NCBI GenBank assembly: GCA_964016885.1
Contig: OZ024751.1
Coordinates: forward strand, 8,866,001-8,930,000
Reading direction: 5' to 3'
DNA length: 64,000 bases
Source: Eledone cirrhosa
Taxonomy: Eukaryota
The notes beneath the pieces are model-generated. The model was not told the DNA's origin. It saw only the letters and a list, made by a program, of their open reading frames with translations, and searched no databases. This document shows, in pieces, positions 46,389-61,918 of the stretch (positions are counted from its first letter, which is position 1; every line of letters starts with the position of its first letter). The position numbers and the translations under genes were made by a program.

Positions 46389-46782
46389 CATTGAAATACC
46401 AGTATTACTACTACATTTAAAAGCAATACTGTTATATCAGTACAATATATTATTTCTATTATAATTATTAATACTAATGTTACCATTATTACTTGCATTA
46501 TCGTGAAAACCCGTAATACTGCTACTAGGATTAATGATAACAATGAGATAAGAAAAGAGACGCCAAATAATAGGAAAAGGGGCAATGATAACAACATCAA
46601 CAGTAATAAAAATGACAATCATAATAATATCAATAATAACAATAAAGGAGGGGAAGCGGTGGTGTAAGAGGCGAGGGTAGTGACTGTAATAGTAATGTCG
46701 ATAAAGAACCACACTTGATAAGGAGTTTAGAAACACATCACACACACAAGCTGGTTGTGTCTGAGTATGGGTATGTGTCTGC

Positions 46783-46829
<47 letters not shown>

Positions 46830-47787
46830 AATATATATGTGTGCGTGTGTGTATGTGTGCGTATGTATGTGTGTATGGGTTCGTGTGGGTGTGGGTTTTT
46901 CTGTATGCTTTTTAATGTCTGTTACAGATAGGTGGAGAAATATCGGGATTTTTATTCAATAACTGAAAACAAAGTCTAAAGCTTGAAATGCAGGAAACAT
47001 TAACGAAGTGATAAGAGATATATTTCCTTAGGTAAAACCATTGCCAGATAATCTGAACAATGAAACGGGAAGGGTGCTATAGTATTTTGGAATTCATGCA
47101 AGGTCAAACTGCTGAAATAGAATATGTTGAGTAAAGAAAAATCATGCTTGAAGCACGGTCTTTTTAAAGGCATCTGCACGGAAAGAAATCAAGCAAAATT
47201 ATTAGCACATAGGGTCTTAGCAGTCTCAAATAGAAGTGCAATTATTGAAAAGATGAATAAAACCATGACGTATAATATTATGCAGATAAATATAAAGTAT
47301 AAGAAAAACTAAGAAGAAATATTTTGTTTAGAAATTATATATGCTGAGTGAATTGTGAATTTCTGAATACATTTATAAATATATATATTATTTTTTTCTT
47401 TAAAACTAATATAATAAATACATATACATCAAATAGGGAAGTATTGTTATATAAAAGAACATTAGACTGGAAACATGGAAGCTAACTATAATGATTATGA
47501 TGTAATATATGTTAATAAAAATCTTTTGTCAAACAATATCTGGTGAACATATCAAAGCGTATGTACCATCCGTCTGAAATATTTTAACGAAAAAAATCAA
47601 ACTATATGCCCAAAGTTTCTTTATACTGAACAAATAAATATCAATAAAAGGGATGTAAGAAAATTGTAGCTTCAATAACTCAATCTATTATAGACTAGAT
47701 TTATACCGACTAGATGAAACAAAATGATTTCAGCTTTATATGTTACCTCTCACTCAGTATTACTGATAGTTATATACACATACACAA

Positions 47788-47862
<75 letters not shown>

Positions 47863-48295
47863 CGTGCGTGTGAGTGTGTAAGCATATGTAAATGTATATA
47901 CATATGCACATATGTATATATATGCATACGTGAATGTATATACATATGCACATATGTATGTATATGTAAATGTATATGTATATATATATGTATATATATA
48001 TATATATATGCATATATATGCACATATGTATATATGTACATATGTATATGTATGTCCATATGTATACATATGTACATGTATATATATGTACATGTGTGTA
48101 TATATATATATATGTATATATATATACATATATATATATGTACATATGTATATATATACATATGTATATATATATATATATATGTGTACATATGTATATT
48201 TATATGCTCATATGTATGTATATATTTGTACATAGGTATATGTATATATATATGTGTGTGTGTGTGTTTTGTATGTGTGTATGTATGAGTGTATG

Positions 48296-48372
<77 letters not shown>

Positions 48373-48987
48373 ATATATTACAAGCTATTCATGTATTTGA
48401 ATATATATTAAACGTTCTAAGCAAACATTTTATTCTAAGTATATATCCAAATCATTTCATTTAAAAACAAACTTCTCGATGTATAGACACATAAAGAAAT
48501 ATGATTAAAATTACGAATTCAAAAAGCATTCTATTTGTTCTATCTTAGATGTTTCTTTCAAATGTTGAAAATGGTTCGATTGTGACAAATATGATCCGTG
48601 TAAAATGTGGCAATTTAATATATAATACCAGTGAACATTAAAACATCCGTGAAAATCCTGCTGTTATTGACTCAATTATTCTTATTTATCAACGATCATG
48701 ATATGTGTTTCGGCACTCAGTGTTTGTATATATTTAGCTAGTTTCGGCTATGCAAAATTAATAATCTGGGAGAGGGTCGGGTTTTATGAAATCCTATCGT
48801 GCATTTAAAAATGAAATTGTAGTAAGGTAAATATTAATTTCCTGCCAATCAGGTTCACAAGATGTTGATATTACTCTTGCTTAAGTTAAGCATGACCTTA
48901 CAAATATTTGACTTTCTGTCTATAACTACCGCCATGTTTATGGAGTATTCTATATATATACGACTTCATTATTAAATATGTCTCTAT

Positions 48988-49180
48988 GGCGGTGGGTTGG
49001 CAGTATTTGTAGAGGGTCGAGCGCCATGATTTGACGCATAGAGTTACGGCTCTTTCCATTCTGATTTCAAATCCCGCCGAGGTCAACTTTGCCTTTCATC
49101 CTTACGGGGTCGATAAAATAAAGTACCAGTAATACACTGGGATAATTGCTGGCCTTGTGCCAAGTGTAGAAACAATTATT
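48988..49180 (+). mobile_element. tRNA-derived SINE copy
   Basis: Same family as 21531. Confidence 0.85.
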
Positions 49181-49922
49181 AAATATGTCTCCCTGTAGTC
49201 ATGAATGATGAGACTTTAGAGGTAACGTAGATTTTTTCTGTCAGGTTAAGCAATGGTGACGAGAGTCCTTTGTTGGTTCACACTTGATATCATTTCACTT
49301 CTATAATGCATATTGCACTGACACATATATAAAATGTTCAAGGATAAATGTGTCATCTGATAGCGACCTCTAGTTAAATCCTTACCTAAAAACATTTAAA
49401 GCTCTTTCCATCATAATTGGAGTGATTGTATGTAAGACGTAGCTACATTACAGTTATAATACAGATACATGAACACCGGCTACAATACAGATAAATGACG
49501 AACACAATTTAATCTTGATTCTTTACGTACTTTCATCAGCCCACTAACCATGACAACATTCTTCTATATAATATATGCATTTTAGGAAAGTTTCAGCATA
49601 CACCAAAGATTGTAACAATTTTAGTTTATGAGTAAAAATATTCACTAGTCAGGCTATATTAACACTGAATAATTTACCAAAGAAAATGGAAATGACATTT
49701 AAGCATAGCCAATATAATAAGATTTCGTGTTTTTAACGCAGATATTCTGAATTAGTTTTAATTCTCTCGAGCCTGACAAGTGAAGAACGCAACATACCAA
49801 AATATAAACTCATAATTCGGGACACATGTAATTATGTTGGTCCTTCTCTTTCTCTATCTCACATTATATACATACATGCGATATAAATACACACACGCAT
49901 ACGCGCGCATGCACACATACAC

Positions 49923-49977
<55 letters not shown>

Positions 49978-50671
49978 TTAGTTAAGCAAACCAAGACCAC
50001 AGATTTCACAAGGAAGACATTATTAAAAGAATGTCAACATATTTTAGTTTGATGTAAGGAATGTAGAGAATAATAATAATAATAATAATATTAATAATAA
50101 TAATGTCCGTTTACAATTGTTTCGCTACTCCATATAATATTTCTGGATCAGATGACTATATATCATAATTGATCTGGTTCAGTTGAAAATAATTAGCATA
50201 CTTAAAAAAACAGAGTGGCTCATCGGAACTCAAAGGAATATAAATTAAAATAATGTTACATAATATAATGTTCCATATATTGGTTTTTACTATGGTGCCT
50301 TGGTTGCATCAGCTGTCAGTCATAATCAAGCAGTATTCATCTGTCGAGGCTGCATTGTGTGAGATCTGCCTATGGGTAACAAGATGGCTACCAAATGGCA
50401 TATTTATCTTACTAATTAGAGGGTGGTTTCAGGGGAAGTAACTTCTCGAGAGATTAGAGATTGTGTGTATTTTATAGTTATGTGCTAGTATTTAAATTAT
50501 TTAATTGAGAGAGAATGTAGGAGAGGTAACTTATAATTATCGAGTTGTTCATAGCAATTTAACTTATTGGCTACAATTAGAGATGGGGCTACATGACTAA
50601 GTTGGGTCAAAAACTCTATTGGCGAAGGAATTAGCCCATCGATGTTGACAGCTAATGGTTACCTCCGTTCT

Positions 50672-50745
50672 ATCGTTAATTGGTAGAGGTCGTGATAGAT
50701 AAAGCATATTACATAACTCTATCACGACCTCTACCAATTAACGAT
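50672..50745. repeat. 28-bp-arm inverted repeat
   Basis: atcgttaattggtagaggtcgtgataga / tctatcacgacctctaccaattaacgat. Confidence 0.85.
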
Positions 50746-50807
50746 TGACATGGCTGGTGACGGTAGAATGAGACGAATCTCTGTTTACATGAAACAACAT
50801 ACTTTTT

Positions 50808-50847
<40 letters not shown>

Positions 50848-51293
50848 AAAAAGTATGACCACGACGGCAGAGCTCAAGCCGTTTCGACGGCTATTTCTGG
50901 ACTAAATTAGAATGTTTAGCCTGGTGAATAAATAGACACATAAAGAAATATGATTAAAATTCCGAATATATATACAATCCCCATCTTAATATATGCATTC
51001 ATATTTATATTCATAAACATGAGAGATGCGTATACATATTTCATATACATATATCACCAACCTGTATGAGTGTCTCGGAAGATGCTACTAGTTCTACCGT
51101 TCATTGTTCTATATGCCGCTAGCCTATAATTCTGAGAGCATAATGGTGATTTTCTTGTCTATTTACCATTATATGCTCGTTGTACATTTTTCTCTCAATC
51201 TATTGTTATTCCGTTATTAAAAATGTTGTTAATGCTTTTGTTGTTACCTTGCTGGTGTATTGTTCTATTTTGGAGTGAATTGGTGTGTGTATG

Positions 51294-51367
<74 letters not shown>

Positions 51368-51442
51368 TATATGATATATACCTATATATATATATATATA
51401 TGTGTGTGTATATGTGTGTGTGCGTGTGTGTGTGTGAGTTTG

Positions 51443-51526
51443 TGTATGATAAGTTTCGAAACCTCTACTATAAATATATATGTATATATATACATTTATA
51501 GTAGAGGTTTCGAAACTTATCATACA
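51443..51526. repeat. About 32-bp-arm palindrome around a TA core
   Basis: gtatgataagtttcgaaacctctactataaat and its reverse complement. Confidence 0.85.
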
Positions 51527-51560
51527 TATATATATATATATATCATACATATACATATAT

Positions 51561-51595
<35 letters not shown>

Positions 51596-52904
51596 TTGCA
51601 TGTATCTGCGTCTGTGTGTGTGTGTGTATATCTTTGTGTGTGGGTTTGTGTCTGTCTATGTATGTGTGCGTGTGTAGGCGCCTGAATCTATGCGTTTGTT
51701 TGTGTACGTTTGCGTCTTCAAATGACTGTATATGTATATACAATTATTACTACAGCTTATCAAATAGTTATCGATGAAAAACAACAGAGTTATTGACAGG
51801 TTACCCAGGAGACATTGCGAATAAGCGAGAAAATTACCTCATTCGTCAATCAATTTCTTTATCTAACTGTCCAAAAGAAAACATAATATTTAATTGGTGT
51901 GGGAGATGAAATTCCCGAACACGTGAATGGCCAATGAGGTGAACCAGAAGAGCATAGTCCTAAATGAAATTTAAAATGAATGTGTCAAAGAATTTATTGT
52001 ATTTTTCTCTTTCATATTTGTTGTTATGCTTATAACATATTATTTTCAATTTAACGTTTCAGCTCTCACTTATTTATCAGCTCATTAACTATAATGAGTT
52101 TATTGCTAAAACGTTATGAAGTTAGGCTATAGTTTATAGAGATCAATATTAAAAATATTTGCTTTCCTTGCTTTTGTGTTGTTTCTACCTTTCTTGTTGT
52201 AATGTGTATATGAAATAGAGACCTGATGGAAAAAATATATACTTGTAACAAGATAGAATATCTAACGTTAATATCCTAAATATACACCATTTATATTCTG
52301 AATATTTCCATTTAGATAACGTGTGCTATGTAATACGAATACTAGCTTTCTTCGGTTTTGAATTACAATTTTTATGCTAGTTAATATTTCACCAACATTA
52401 TAACTGTCCATTACAAGGTTGCCTGAAACAAACTGATTGCACGAAACGAAAAGAAATAACTAAATATAAACTACTTTCATTTGGGAATAGAACTCTACAG
52501 TCATTGACTTACTGTCATTTGACATTTGTTCAAATACATACACGGCTTCACTTTGTATCATTTAGGTTTTCATTCCACACTAAAATGTATATATATATAT
52601 ATATATATATCATAAAACATGTCTATAGAATCACCAGATAAAAAATATATGATATATAGCTCTGATTATTTATCTTATTAACTCTTCATTGAGCCACAAA
52701 GTGACCCGTTGCAAAACACGCACATATATATATATATATAACGGTGGTGTGGTAAAGAACCAGATGGACCATTACGCCGTCAGGGTTTAAATGTGTCCTA
52801 TATATATACATATATATATAGGAAAAGAGTCAGGACACCGATAGTTGAGCTCCGGCCGTTTCGACAGCTAGATCCGAACATATATATATGTATATATGTC
52901 TCTA

Positions 52905-53017
<113 letters not shown>

Positions 53018-55361
53018 TATATATAGATAGATATAGATATATAGATAGATAGAGATATATAGATAGAGAGATATTGATAAATATACATATAGTTATATAT
53101 ACAACTTAAGTATTTATCCAATAGTTACACGGTAACAATAGAACTGTTTTCTCATGACGATGTATGGGAATATTTGGAGATAATATGCAGTGTATGCTTT
53201 GATAAAGTATAATTCTTTGACTCAGATGATTTGCAATATATATTCTTGTTTTCTTGCTGTTCAGCTTAAAAATCCCAATTGCATTTCTTTAGATTTTCAT
53301 TCAAATGGTTGTTTTGATTACGCAGATGTTAAATTTTGCCTTATTCTTTCTACATAGGGGTTAATGGAAATGCGACAATCAGAATAATTCCTTTTTTATT
53401 AAGTACATCAACCCATAACTTTGAAAGTGAAAGATCTGATGGAAATATGTGATATTCATTCCATTTAATTTTGTTCACAAGAACCAATAGCATCCTCAGT
53501 TAAATGAGCGTGCGTTGCTGCATTAGGGCAACAATTACTTACTCAAAACAGCTCAAAGCTATCACTCGGCTTTATCCACATATAGTACATGTTTAAACAT
53601 AATTATATGGACAATGTCTTTCAGCTCATTTATTTAATTTTCAGTGTTGATTATATTTCATTAAGACAATAACATATATATTTATAAGTAAATACATAAA
53701 TACACACATCAGTGGTAGTAATTAGTTTCTCTCTAGTACGTAGTGCATAGGTTTGTAAGGAATCGTGTCGAATATAGACCTGATATTACTTATTTGTTTG
53801 ATACAAGGGGAAGAGAGGTAAAATGTTGCCATAGGTTATATTTTAATGAGATTGACGGAATTATATACTGAACGACATTTGCTCCGGTGTGTACAACTAT
53901 TGTTTCCAATATACTTAGTGAATCTTATAATTAGTTAATTGATACTTTGTTTGACTGCACTTGACAACCTCCTATGGAATTGATACAACGGAAAACATTT
54001 TGAAACTAACTTTAACTATGTCCATACAAAATACAGTTGAAATATGTATAAAGCATTTAAAATATGCATGCTGTAATAGCCAGATATTCATACATCTATG
54101 AATACAGTTAATACACATCATAAAATGCAAAAGAATTCGTAAATATATTTTAAAATAATTTCTATTGGCAAGACAATTACGATTTACGTTGATAGGAAAC
54201 ATGTGGTGAAGATTGATTATTTCATTGGAAATCAATGTTCTATTAAACAACTATATTATATGGAATTAAACATCTATAATATATTTTCAGAAACCGGGAT
54301 CACTGAGTGCAGTTTGCATTGAACAAATAATTCTGTAGTTAATGCTTGTATTCTTTCATAGAGTCGATGGTGTATATAATGTAATCTTCATTTAAATAAT
54401 TACATTCAATTATCAGTAAATAATCACAGAAACATATGATTATCTCACTGTTTAAATAACATCTAAATTAGAGTCGATGAATGTATGGTTGCCTTGCCAT
54501 AGATACATTCATTAGATACAATCATTGCAATTCACTAGTAATTCGCTCTGCCTTACCTTGGCAATGGAAAATCTGCTGGTAAGAAAAAGCCTTATGAACA
54601 ACATAGCATATTTAAATATTAGGAAATAGCACGTGGAAATGAAACCGTAGACTCAGACATATGTAAATATTCAGGAGACAGATATTAGCGATGTTCGCTG
54701 TGGGACAAATGATGCAGGGTTTATCATATATCAAATGATCAGACGATAGATATTGACATGTTTCAGGATGGATTTCCCGACGCTATTCAAAAGCGTTCAT
54801 GACTTTCTCCTGTATGGAAAGTATGTAATCAGTAATAGATTTTAAATTACCATCCATGGCAACCGCCCGTAGGCTCGGGCAGCGAAAAGAGCAAAAGAGC
54901 ATATAAATATCGAAATCAAATCGAAGAAAACTGCATGATTGTTTATACAAATCATATGCATGACAAATGAGGTATGTTAAAAGTCAGATATTAAACTATC
55001 GGTCTTAATATTCAGACAGGTTAGGTATATCAGATAACAACTATTGATCGAATGCTTTTTTGTTTAAGGTTAACCTTCTTTTCTGTATTTTTCTCAAAGA
55101 AAATAAGCTTAAGTATATATTCATAGGTCATATCAGTTGACATTGTATAAGGCAAGGAGAAGTAGTTATCCAAAGTTATGAAACGAATTAAAATTTACAG
55201 ATTTTTTCTTGTCTGTTCTTCATGGTGGACTATTTTCGACGTAACCACCCCTATACCTAAATATTCTTACACATGAACAACTGCACCCACACCCACACAA
55301 ACCCACGCAAACTCCTCCACACATTGACAATCTCACTGCACACACAGACAAACCAACAACC

Positions 55362-55442
<81 letters not shown>

Positions 55443-57343
55443 TGTGTGTGTGTGTTTTATGGCATCTTCAATTTTCTTTAAACATAATTCAAGAGATAAC
55501 TCCGGGATTTCTGGTCTTTGAGGGATGGAATCAATTACATTATCACTGCTGATAATGTAATAATGGAATTAAGAACAACCTTAAATGTACCTTCCATTGG
55601 GAATGAATAATGTCTTTATCAGTATCGGTCAGAAGAGACTGAGCAACAGAAATTAGCACAGCATCATTTTCCAGAGAGCTAAGTACTGTTTGAGAAGTTA
55701 TTGAAGACTTCGTAAGTTTGGATTTCATAGGAAAAGAAACACCTCATAGACGTGGGATTTCTTCACGTCTTCAATACCGAGGAAAGTATATTCTCTACCC
55801 ACCACCTCAAACTTAAAAATACCTGTAATACGATTGTTACTAAGTGCAGACATATGAATGTAATATCTATGCAGATGTTGTCTGTTTTGGGGTTGGATTG
55901 TTATATTTGGGCGTACAAACGTTCCACAAACCAAGTTTCTGTTTCTTTCTACGTCATGCACTGGATAACCAACTAACTGAAGCATCTTAGAGCTACGGAG
56001 AAGCATGTTTATGACTTCATTTATCGTCCTTTCCCTAACATAGAGAAATCATATCTGTAATTAGATAGATCTGATTTGTCACCACTGGCGGACAGAGACA
56101 ACAATACGGCAGTCATTGGGAAGAACACCAGCTAGATATTTCCATTAGCAATTTTTACTGCCACTGTCACGTTAACTCTCTTACCAGTGGAGAATTTTTT
56201 TTTCTAGTGGGGGAAATGCAGAGGTAATATGTCTTTTAGAAAACCTAAACGAATGATTGCTTTTCTGTGGTGAAGGTGTGTTTAGGATCAGCCACTCTTT
56301 TGTTTAATGATCTTACTAGAAAACTGGTACAAATGTTTAACTCAACAATATAAATCATGCTTTTCGTAGGAAAGTTATTCATCTCCTAGGGTATTTGACT
56401 TTGCCACGGCTTAGGGTCCGACCGATCTCGGTAGCCTAGTTGGTCACCTGGGCAACAAATCCGATGTGTTTAATTCATCGAGCAAGCATATGTATATCAC
56501 GTAATTGGATCATCGTTGAACACCCAGAGTTCAACTGCATTTGGTCGGGTTTTATTTTCCATCCAAAAAGAAATCCAAACATCACCATCTTCACCAAGCA
56601 GGTTTGGTGGGTGTTACTCATTTACATGTTATTATTTACATTTCCTTGGAGCCCCAGGGCTTTAGAAACGCTGTTTCACGGAATATCCTAAATACAGCCA
56701 GATGGAACCATCTCCGCTCCGAGCCCGTTCTCCACCAGCTTGATGGTTTGATCTTATCATGGAGATGTGGCCGATGAGGTTATTCAAGGAAACACATTAA
56801 CATTGTTTATTGATTGCAAAGACAGAGAAATACATCCACACAGGGATGTCTTGCCGACAACAATTGTCCACGTCATTAGCCTGTCAGCTAAATCGGTCTA
56901 GCATGGTGTCGCATTAGGAGCCAGACGAGATAGAAGTATGGTTTATATCAGAACTGGTAACCATGTCTACTCATCTGGAATACAGGTGTCCGATATCAAA
57001 GTTATTAAAAAAAGTCCTTTGCAAATCGGTATGGAAACATATATACACTCACGACCACACACTCGCATCCACACATACACTGACGCATAGATATATATAC
57101 ACATATATATTTACCTACATATACATATATATTATACATACACAAACACATATATATATATATATACACAGATATATATATATATACTTATTTACACACA
57201 CACATATATTCATGCACACATATATTTACACACACACACACACACACACAAATACATACATGCATACATTTATAAATAAATACAAACAAAATATGAAAAC
57301 GCAACTTAATCGGTCGAAGTATTTTCAATTAAACAAGATATAC

Positions 57344-57384
<41 letters not shown>

Positions 57385-57721
57385 TTATATATATACTTTT
57401 CATACAATTGAACGAAAAATCAAACATATTAACTAGACTGCTGACTGTAAATTGTTTTTCTGCAAGTGTTTGTTGATAACAACGTTGCTAGTTGCTATGC
57501 AATCTTCCGAATGAAAATACTCGATATTCCAATTATGCTGAGATTTCTGAAAAACAACTCATATCCTTCTTATTGAGATGCTATATATTCATCATGCAAG
57601 GGACCTGTTGGCATTGTATGTTGACAACTTTGCAATTTTTTGTATGTTTCTCATATATATGTATGTGTGTGTGTGTATGTATATATATGTATATATGTGT
57701 ATGTATATATATATGTACATT

Positions 57722-57784
<63 letters not shown>

Positions 57785-57789
<5 letters not shown>

Positions 57790-58120
57790 TGAAAATAAAC
57801 CAAAGAAGCCTTCAATACATCAAAAGTCTTTATTAGCCAACAATCTTTCGTCCTATTCAGGACTCATCAGAGCAATTAAAGCTATAAGAAGTTGTTGGCT
57901 TGTATTGGCCGATAGTGCTTCTTATAGCTTTAATTGCCCTGATGAGTCCTTAATAGGACGAAAGATTGTTGGCTAATAAAGACTTTTGATGTATTGAAGG
58001 CTTCTTTGGTTTATTTTCATAATTCTTCGACTCTGTTTAATTACATTGAGCTAATCCTTTACTGTCATTTCTATAATACGAAGAGGGTGTTTAACTCCAA
58101 CACACTCTAGTATTTTAATT

Positions 58121-58123
<3 letters not shown>
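57785..58123 (+). mobile_element. PLE-like foldback, family G, with HHR cores at 57835-57875 (-) and 57934-57975 (+)
   Basis: Arms 57785-57891 and 57918-58024, extension to 58123; gcc-CTGATGA-gtcct taat aggac-GAAA-gattg-TT-ggc. Confidence 0.8.
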
Positions 58124-58150
<27 letters not shown>

Positions 58151-58157
<7 letters not shown>

Positions 58158-58736
58158 ATGCTTTGGGAGGGTCATGTTGCCAATAAAAAACTCACGCACC
58201 AGGTATTTCACTCCAATTTATTATGAATTAAATTTATAAATTTAAGAATTTATAAATTTCTGGTTGGTTGGTTGGTTTCACAACCAGACGATTGTTCATA
58301 TATTTGCAAAGTTCTTTCGTCACACATTATGTGACCTCTTCAGTGACTGGGATTATTTTCTTTGTTTTTGTGTCTCTCCGGATGTAACACATGCCCAAAC
58401 TAAGCACACAACACACACATACAGAAGATGTCGTAGGACAGAACAAAAGAGAGGCACACAAACAAAGAAAAGAATCCCCAGTCACTGAAAAGGTCACAGA
58501 ATGTGTGACGAAAGAACTTTCACAATATATGAACAATCATCTGGTTGTGGAAGCAACCAACCAACCAGAAATGTATGAATTCTTAAATTTATAAATTTAA
58601 TTTATAATAAATTCGGGTGAAAGCAATTGGTGCGTCTGTTTCTTATTGGCAACATGACCCTCCCAAAGCATAACAATATCGGTTTCAACACACCTTTTCA
58701 GATAAAGAATCTTGCTAAACAAATTCAGAAACGAAA
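58151..58736 (+). mobile_element. PLE-like foldback, family E long copy, with degenerate HHRs (58304-58347 -, 58481-58523 +)
   Basis: Arms about 58151-58375 and 58450-58678; gtca-CTGAAGA/CTGAAAA-ggtcaca..tgtgac-GAAA-gaac-TT. Confidence 0.78.
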
Positions 58737-58893
58737 TATATATATATATATATATATTATGCTAGGGAAAGGATCAGGGGTGTATAACACTCCACTTATC
58801 CAGCAGGCAGTATGAGGTTAGCTCAAAGTCTGAGGACAGAGCCGTAATATAATAAATAACAAAGAACGCTTATAGCATATGCATATCTTTACT

Positions 58894-58939
58894 TGCTAAC
58901 ATTGTTTCATCCGCACTATAAGTGGGACTCATCAGAGCA
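58894..58939 (-). ncRNA. Minimal hammerhead ribozyme in the PLE 3' pLTR
   Basis: Reverse complement: tgct-CTGATGA-gtcccacttatagtgcggat-GAAA-CAATG-TT-agca. Confidence 0.85.
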
Positions 58940-59548
58940 TAAAGGTTAATTACATACCATACAAGCAATAACAAATCCAAGGCATTGAAGAATGAAAGGT
59001 AATAATAGACGATAAAGGATAAGAATAAAAATAAAAGTAAAAATAAAAATAAAAATAAAAATAAAAATAAAAATAAAAATAAAAATAAAAATAAAAATAA
59101 AAATAAAAATAAGGGGTGCTATCAGTCACAGTTGGGCGGGGTGCTGTCAACATATAGTTACATACAAGCATACACATGGATAAGAGAATAGACAAGAGTA
59201 GACACATGGATAAGAGAACAGACAAGAGTAGATAAGATAATGGGATTAGGTAAGAGTAGGTAAAAAGTAGGTAAAAATAGGTGAAAAACAGACTTATAAT
59301 ATATATAAAAAGAAATACAAAGAAATACATAACAAACTTACATATAAAATATAGGGTAAGGAATGAGATAAAATAATATAAAATTAAAAATTAAAAATTA
59401 TATACATAGAACATAATATAATATAATCGTAAAATAAGATAAAATAAGGTAAACTAAAATCAAATAACATAGACTAAATTAAAATAATATAATATAAGAT
59501 ATAATTAAATGTATAATTATATGTATAATTAAATGTAATTAAATGTAA

Positions 59549-59604
<56 letters not shown>

Positions 59605-59773
59605 AAATTAAATAAATAAATAAAATTTAAATTTAAATTTTAAAATTAAAATTAAAATTTAAATTTAAATAAATAAATAAATAAATAAATGGAGTCAAGT
59701 AAGTAAATAAATAAAATTAGATAACATGAAATGAAATAAAATAAAATGAAATAAAGTAAATTGAGATAAGATA

Positions 59774-59809
<36 letters not shown>

Positions 59810-61219
59810 ATATCTCTTGAATATATCAGGGGACCACGAAGGCACTAAGTGTCACAGTTATGTGTATCACTTGACCAATTTTTTAAAATATATTTCTTGA
59901 AAACATCAGGGGCCCACGAAGGCACTAAGTGTCACAGTCACCAGTATCACTTGACCATTGCAAGGCAATGGATGCGTCCCAGGTTGGGCAGTCTCGAAAG
60001 TTCACTCGAAAGTCATGGGTGTGCATTCACACAGTTGAGCGGTGGGGTAATCACAAACCGGTTCACACACGGGCAGGAGTCCAATGGTCAGAGAGAGGTG
60101 CATCGAAGGAGGTAGAAGAATTCACGTGCATTAGCAAGCGAGGTGAGGCGGGTTAAAGCAAGCAGACACAGTTGTAGCGCATACAAAATATATATAAAAA
60201 GACAGAAGATATATAAAAAATAGCTTCAAGAGCCATTAAGTCACTGCATTGGGACATCACAAGATTGTACACATCAATATGTTCAGCACGTATATGCACG
60301 TATACACACCACATGCATATACAGAGACGGTATACATATATATATATATATTTTTTTTTATATATATACAGACACATATAACCACCTACACCCATACACA
60401 TATAAATGTATAAATGTATACACGGACACACACGCACACACACACAGGGTAGGACACCCGGGTCAAAGCCGATATTAAATACGATATTAAACACCGAAAT
60501 ACCACATTAGACCAGACCCACCACCACAGGTAATATATTCAAAACAAATACATACGATGAGATGTAGTAAAATAAAGTTGAAATCCTACGGAGATATTCA
60601 TGTCTGCACGTGCCATTGACCGATTCGAGTGTACACAGACCGTTAGTAACTACGGAGGGCCATCGGGGCCAAAACGTTACTTTCGGGATCATAAAAACGA
60701 CCGTCAATATATGGAAGGCCGATCGTGCTAGAAAGACTACAACCCCGGGTAAGAGCTCCCAGAGGTCAGCCTGTAAATCTTGAACCACAGAATATGAGGG
60801 CAACACGTATATGCGCCACGTATCCACTGCTTACGGCAGGATGGCACGGGTCCGCCCACAGTTACAGGCTAAATTTCTACTAGTGCAGCCTAAATCGCAG
60901 TACACGCTTTACATAAATACATTACATCACAACTCATGCGCATACAGAGGTACAGATCAACAAGATATACGTCAGGATAGGTCCACCAATGCACTAATGG
61001 TGGGTAGGCCAGCGTGGATGGGTTACATCCACTGTGCCAAACAGGGGTGCTTATTAACATACACTTCCCTGCACACCCCAATATCAATATCAATATCCTC
61101 CCACAGGCATACGTATACATTCACAGACTCGTATACATAGACGACCAACAATAGGAGACAGTTACACACAGTCAGAGACAGTTACACAAGACAGCCCAAC
61201 TGGAGGAATAAGGACGTGC

Positions 61220-61358
61220 TAGCTAACAGGTTTAAAGTAGAAGAACGAGCTTAATATTCGGTGGGGGCAAGAGGAAAAAATTTCAGACTTTCTATTTAGT
61301 AGAGGGCATTTAGCAAATATAATAGAGTGGGATTCGGCAAGGCACAGGTTACATACTC
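61220..61358 (-). pseudogene. C-terminal remnant of PLE GIY-YIG endonuclease
   Basis: RVCNLCLAESHSIIFAKCPLLNRKSEIFSSCPHR; homologous to CDLCAAE..LNKKYE..CKH at 14733-15104. Confidence 0.85.
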
Positions 61359-61886
61359 TACTATGAGGAGTATGTAGAGTATGTAACCTGTGCCTTGCCG
61401 AATCCCACTCTATTATATTTGCTAAATGCCCTCTACTAAATAGAAAGTCTGATTACCCCACCGCTCAACTGTGTGAATGCACACCCATGACTTTCGAGAC
61501 TGCCCAACCTGGGACGCATCCATTGCCTTGCAATGGTCAAGTGATACTGGTGACTGTGACACTTAGTGCCTTCGTGGGCCCCTGATGTTTTCAAGAAATA
61601 TATTTTAAAAAATTGGTCAAGTGATACACATAACTGTGACACTTAGTGCCTTCGTGGGCCCCTGATATATTCAAGAGATATATTCTAAAAAAAAAAAAAA
61701 AAAAAAAAAAATATATATATCTTATCTCAATTTACTTTATTTCATTTTATTTTATTTCATTTCATGTTATCTAATTTTATTTATTTACTTACTTGACTCC
61801 ATTTATTTATTTATTTATTTATTTAAATTTAAATTTTAATTTTAATTTTAAAATTTAAATTTAAATTTTATTTATTTATTTAATTT

Positions 61887-61918
<32 letters not shown>

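Noticed and set aside
54760-54830. Possible small exon (ttcag|GATGGATTTCCC...GGAAA|gtatg)
   Set aside because: Splice-like borders only; no recognisable protein or partner exons
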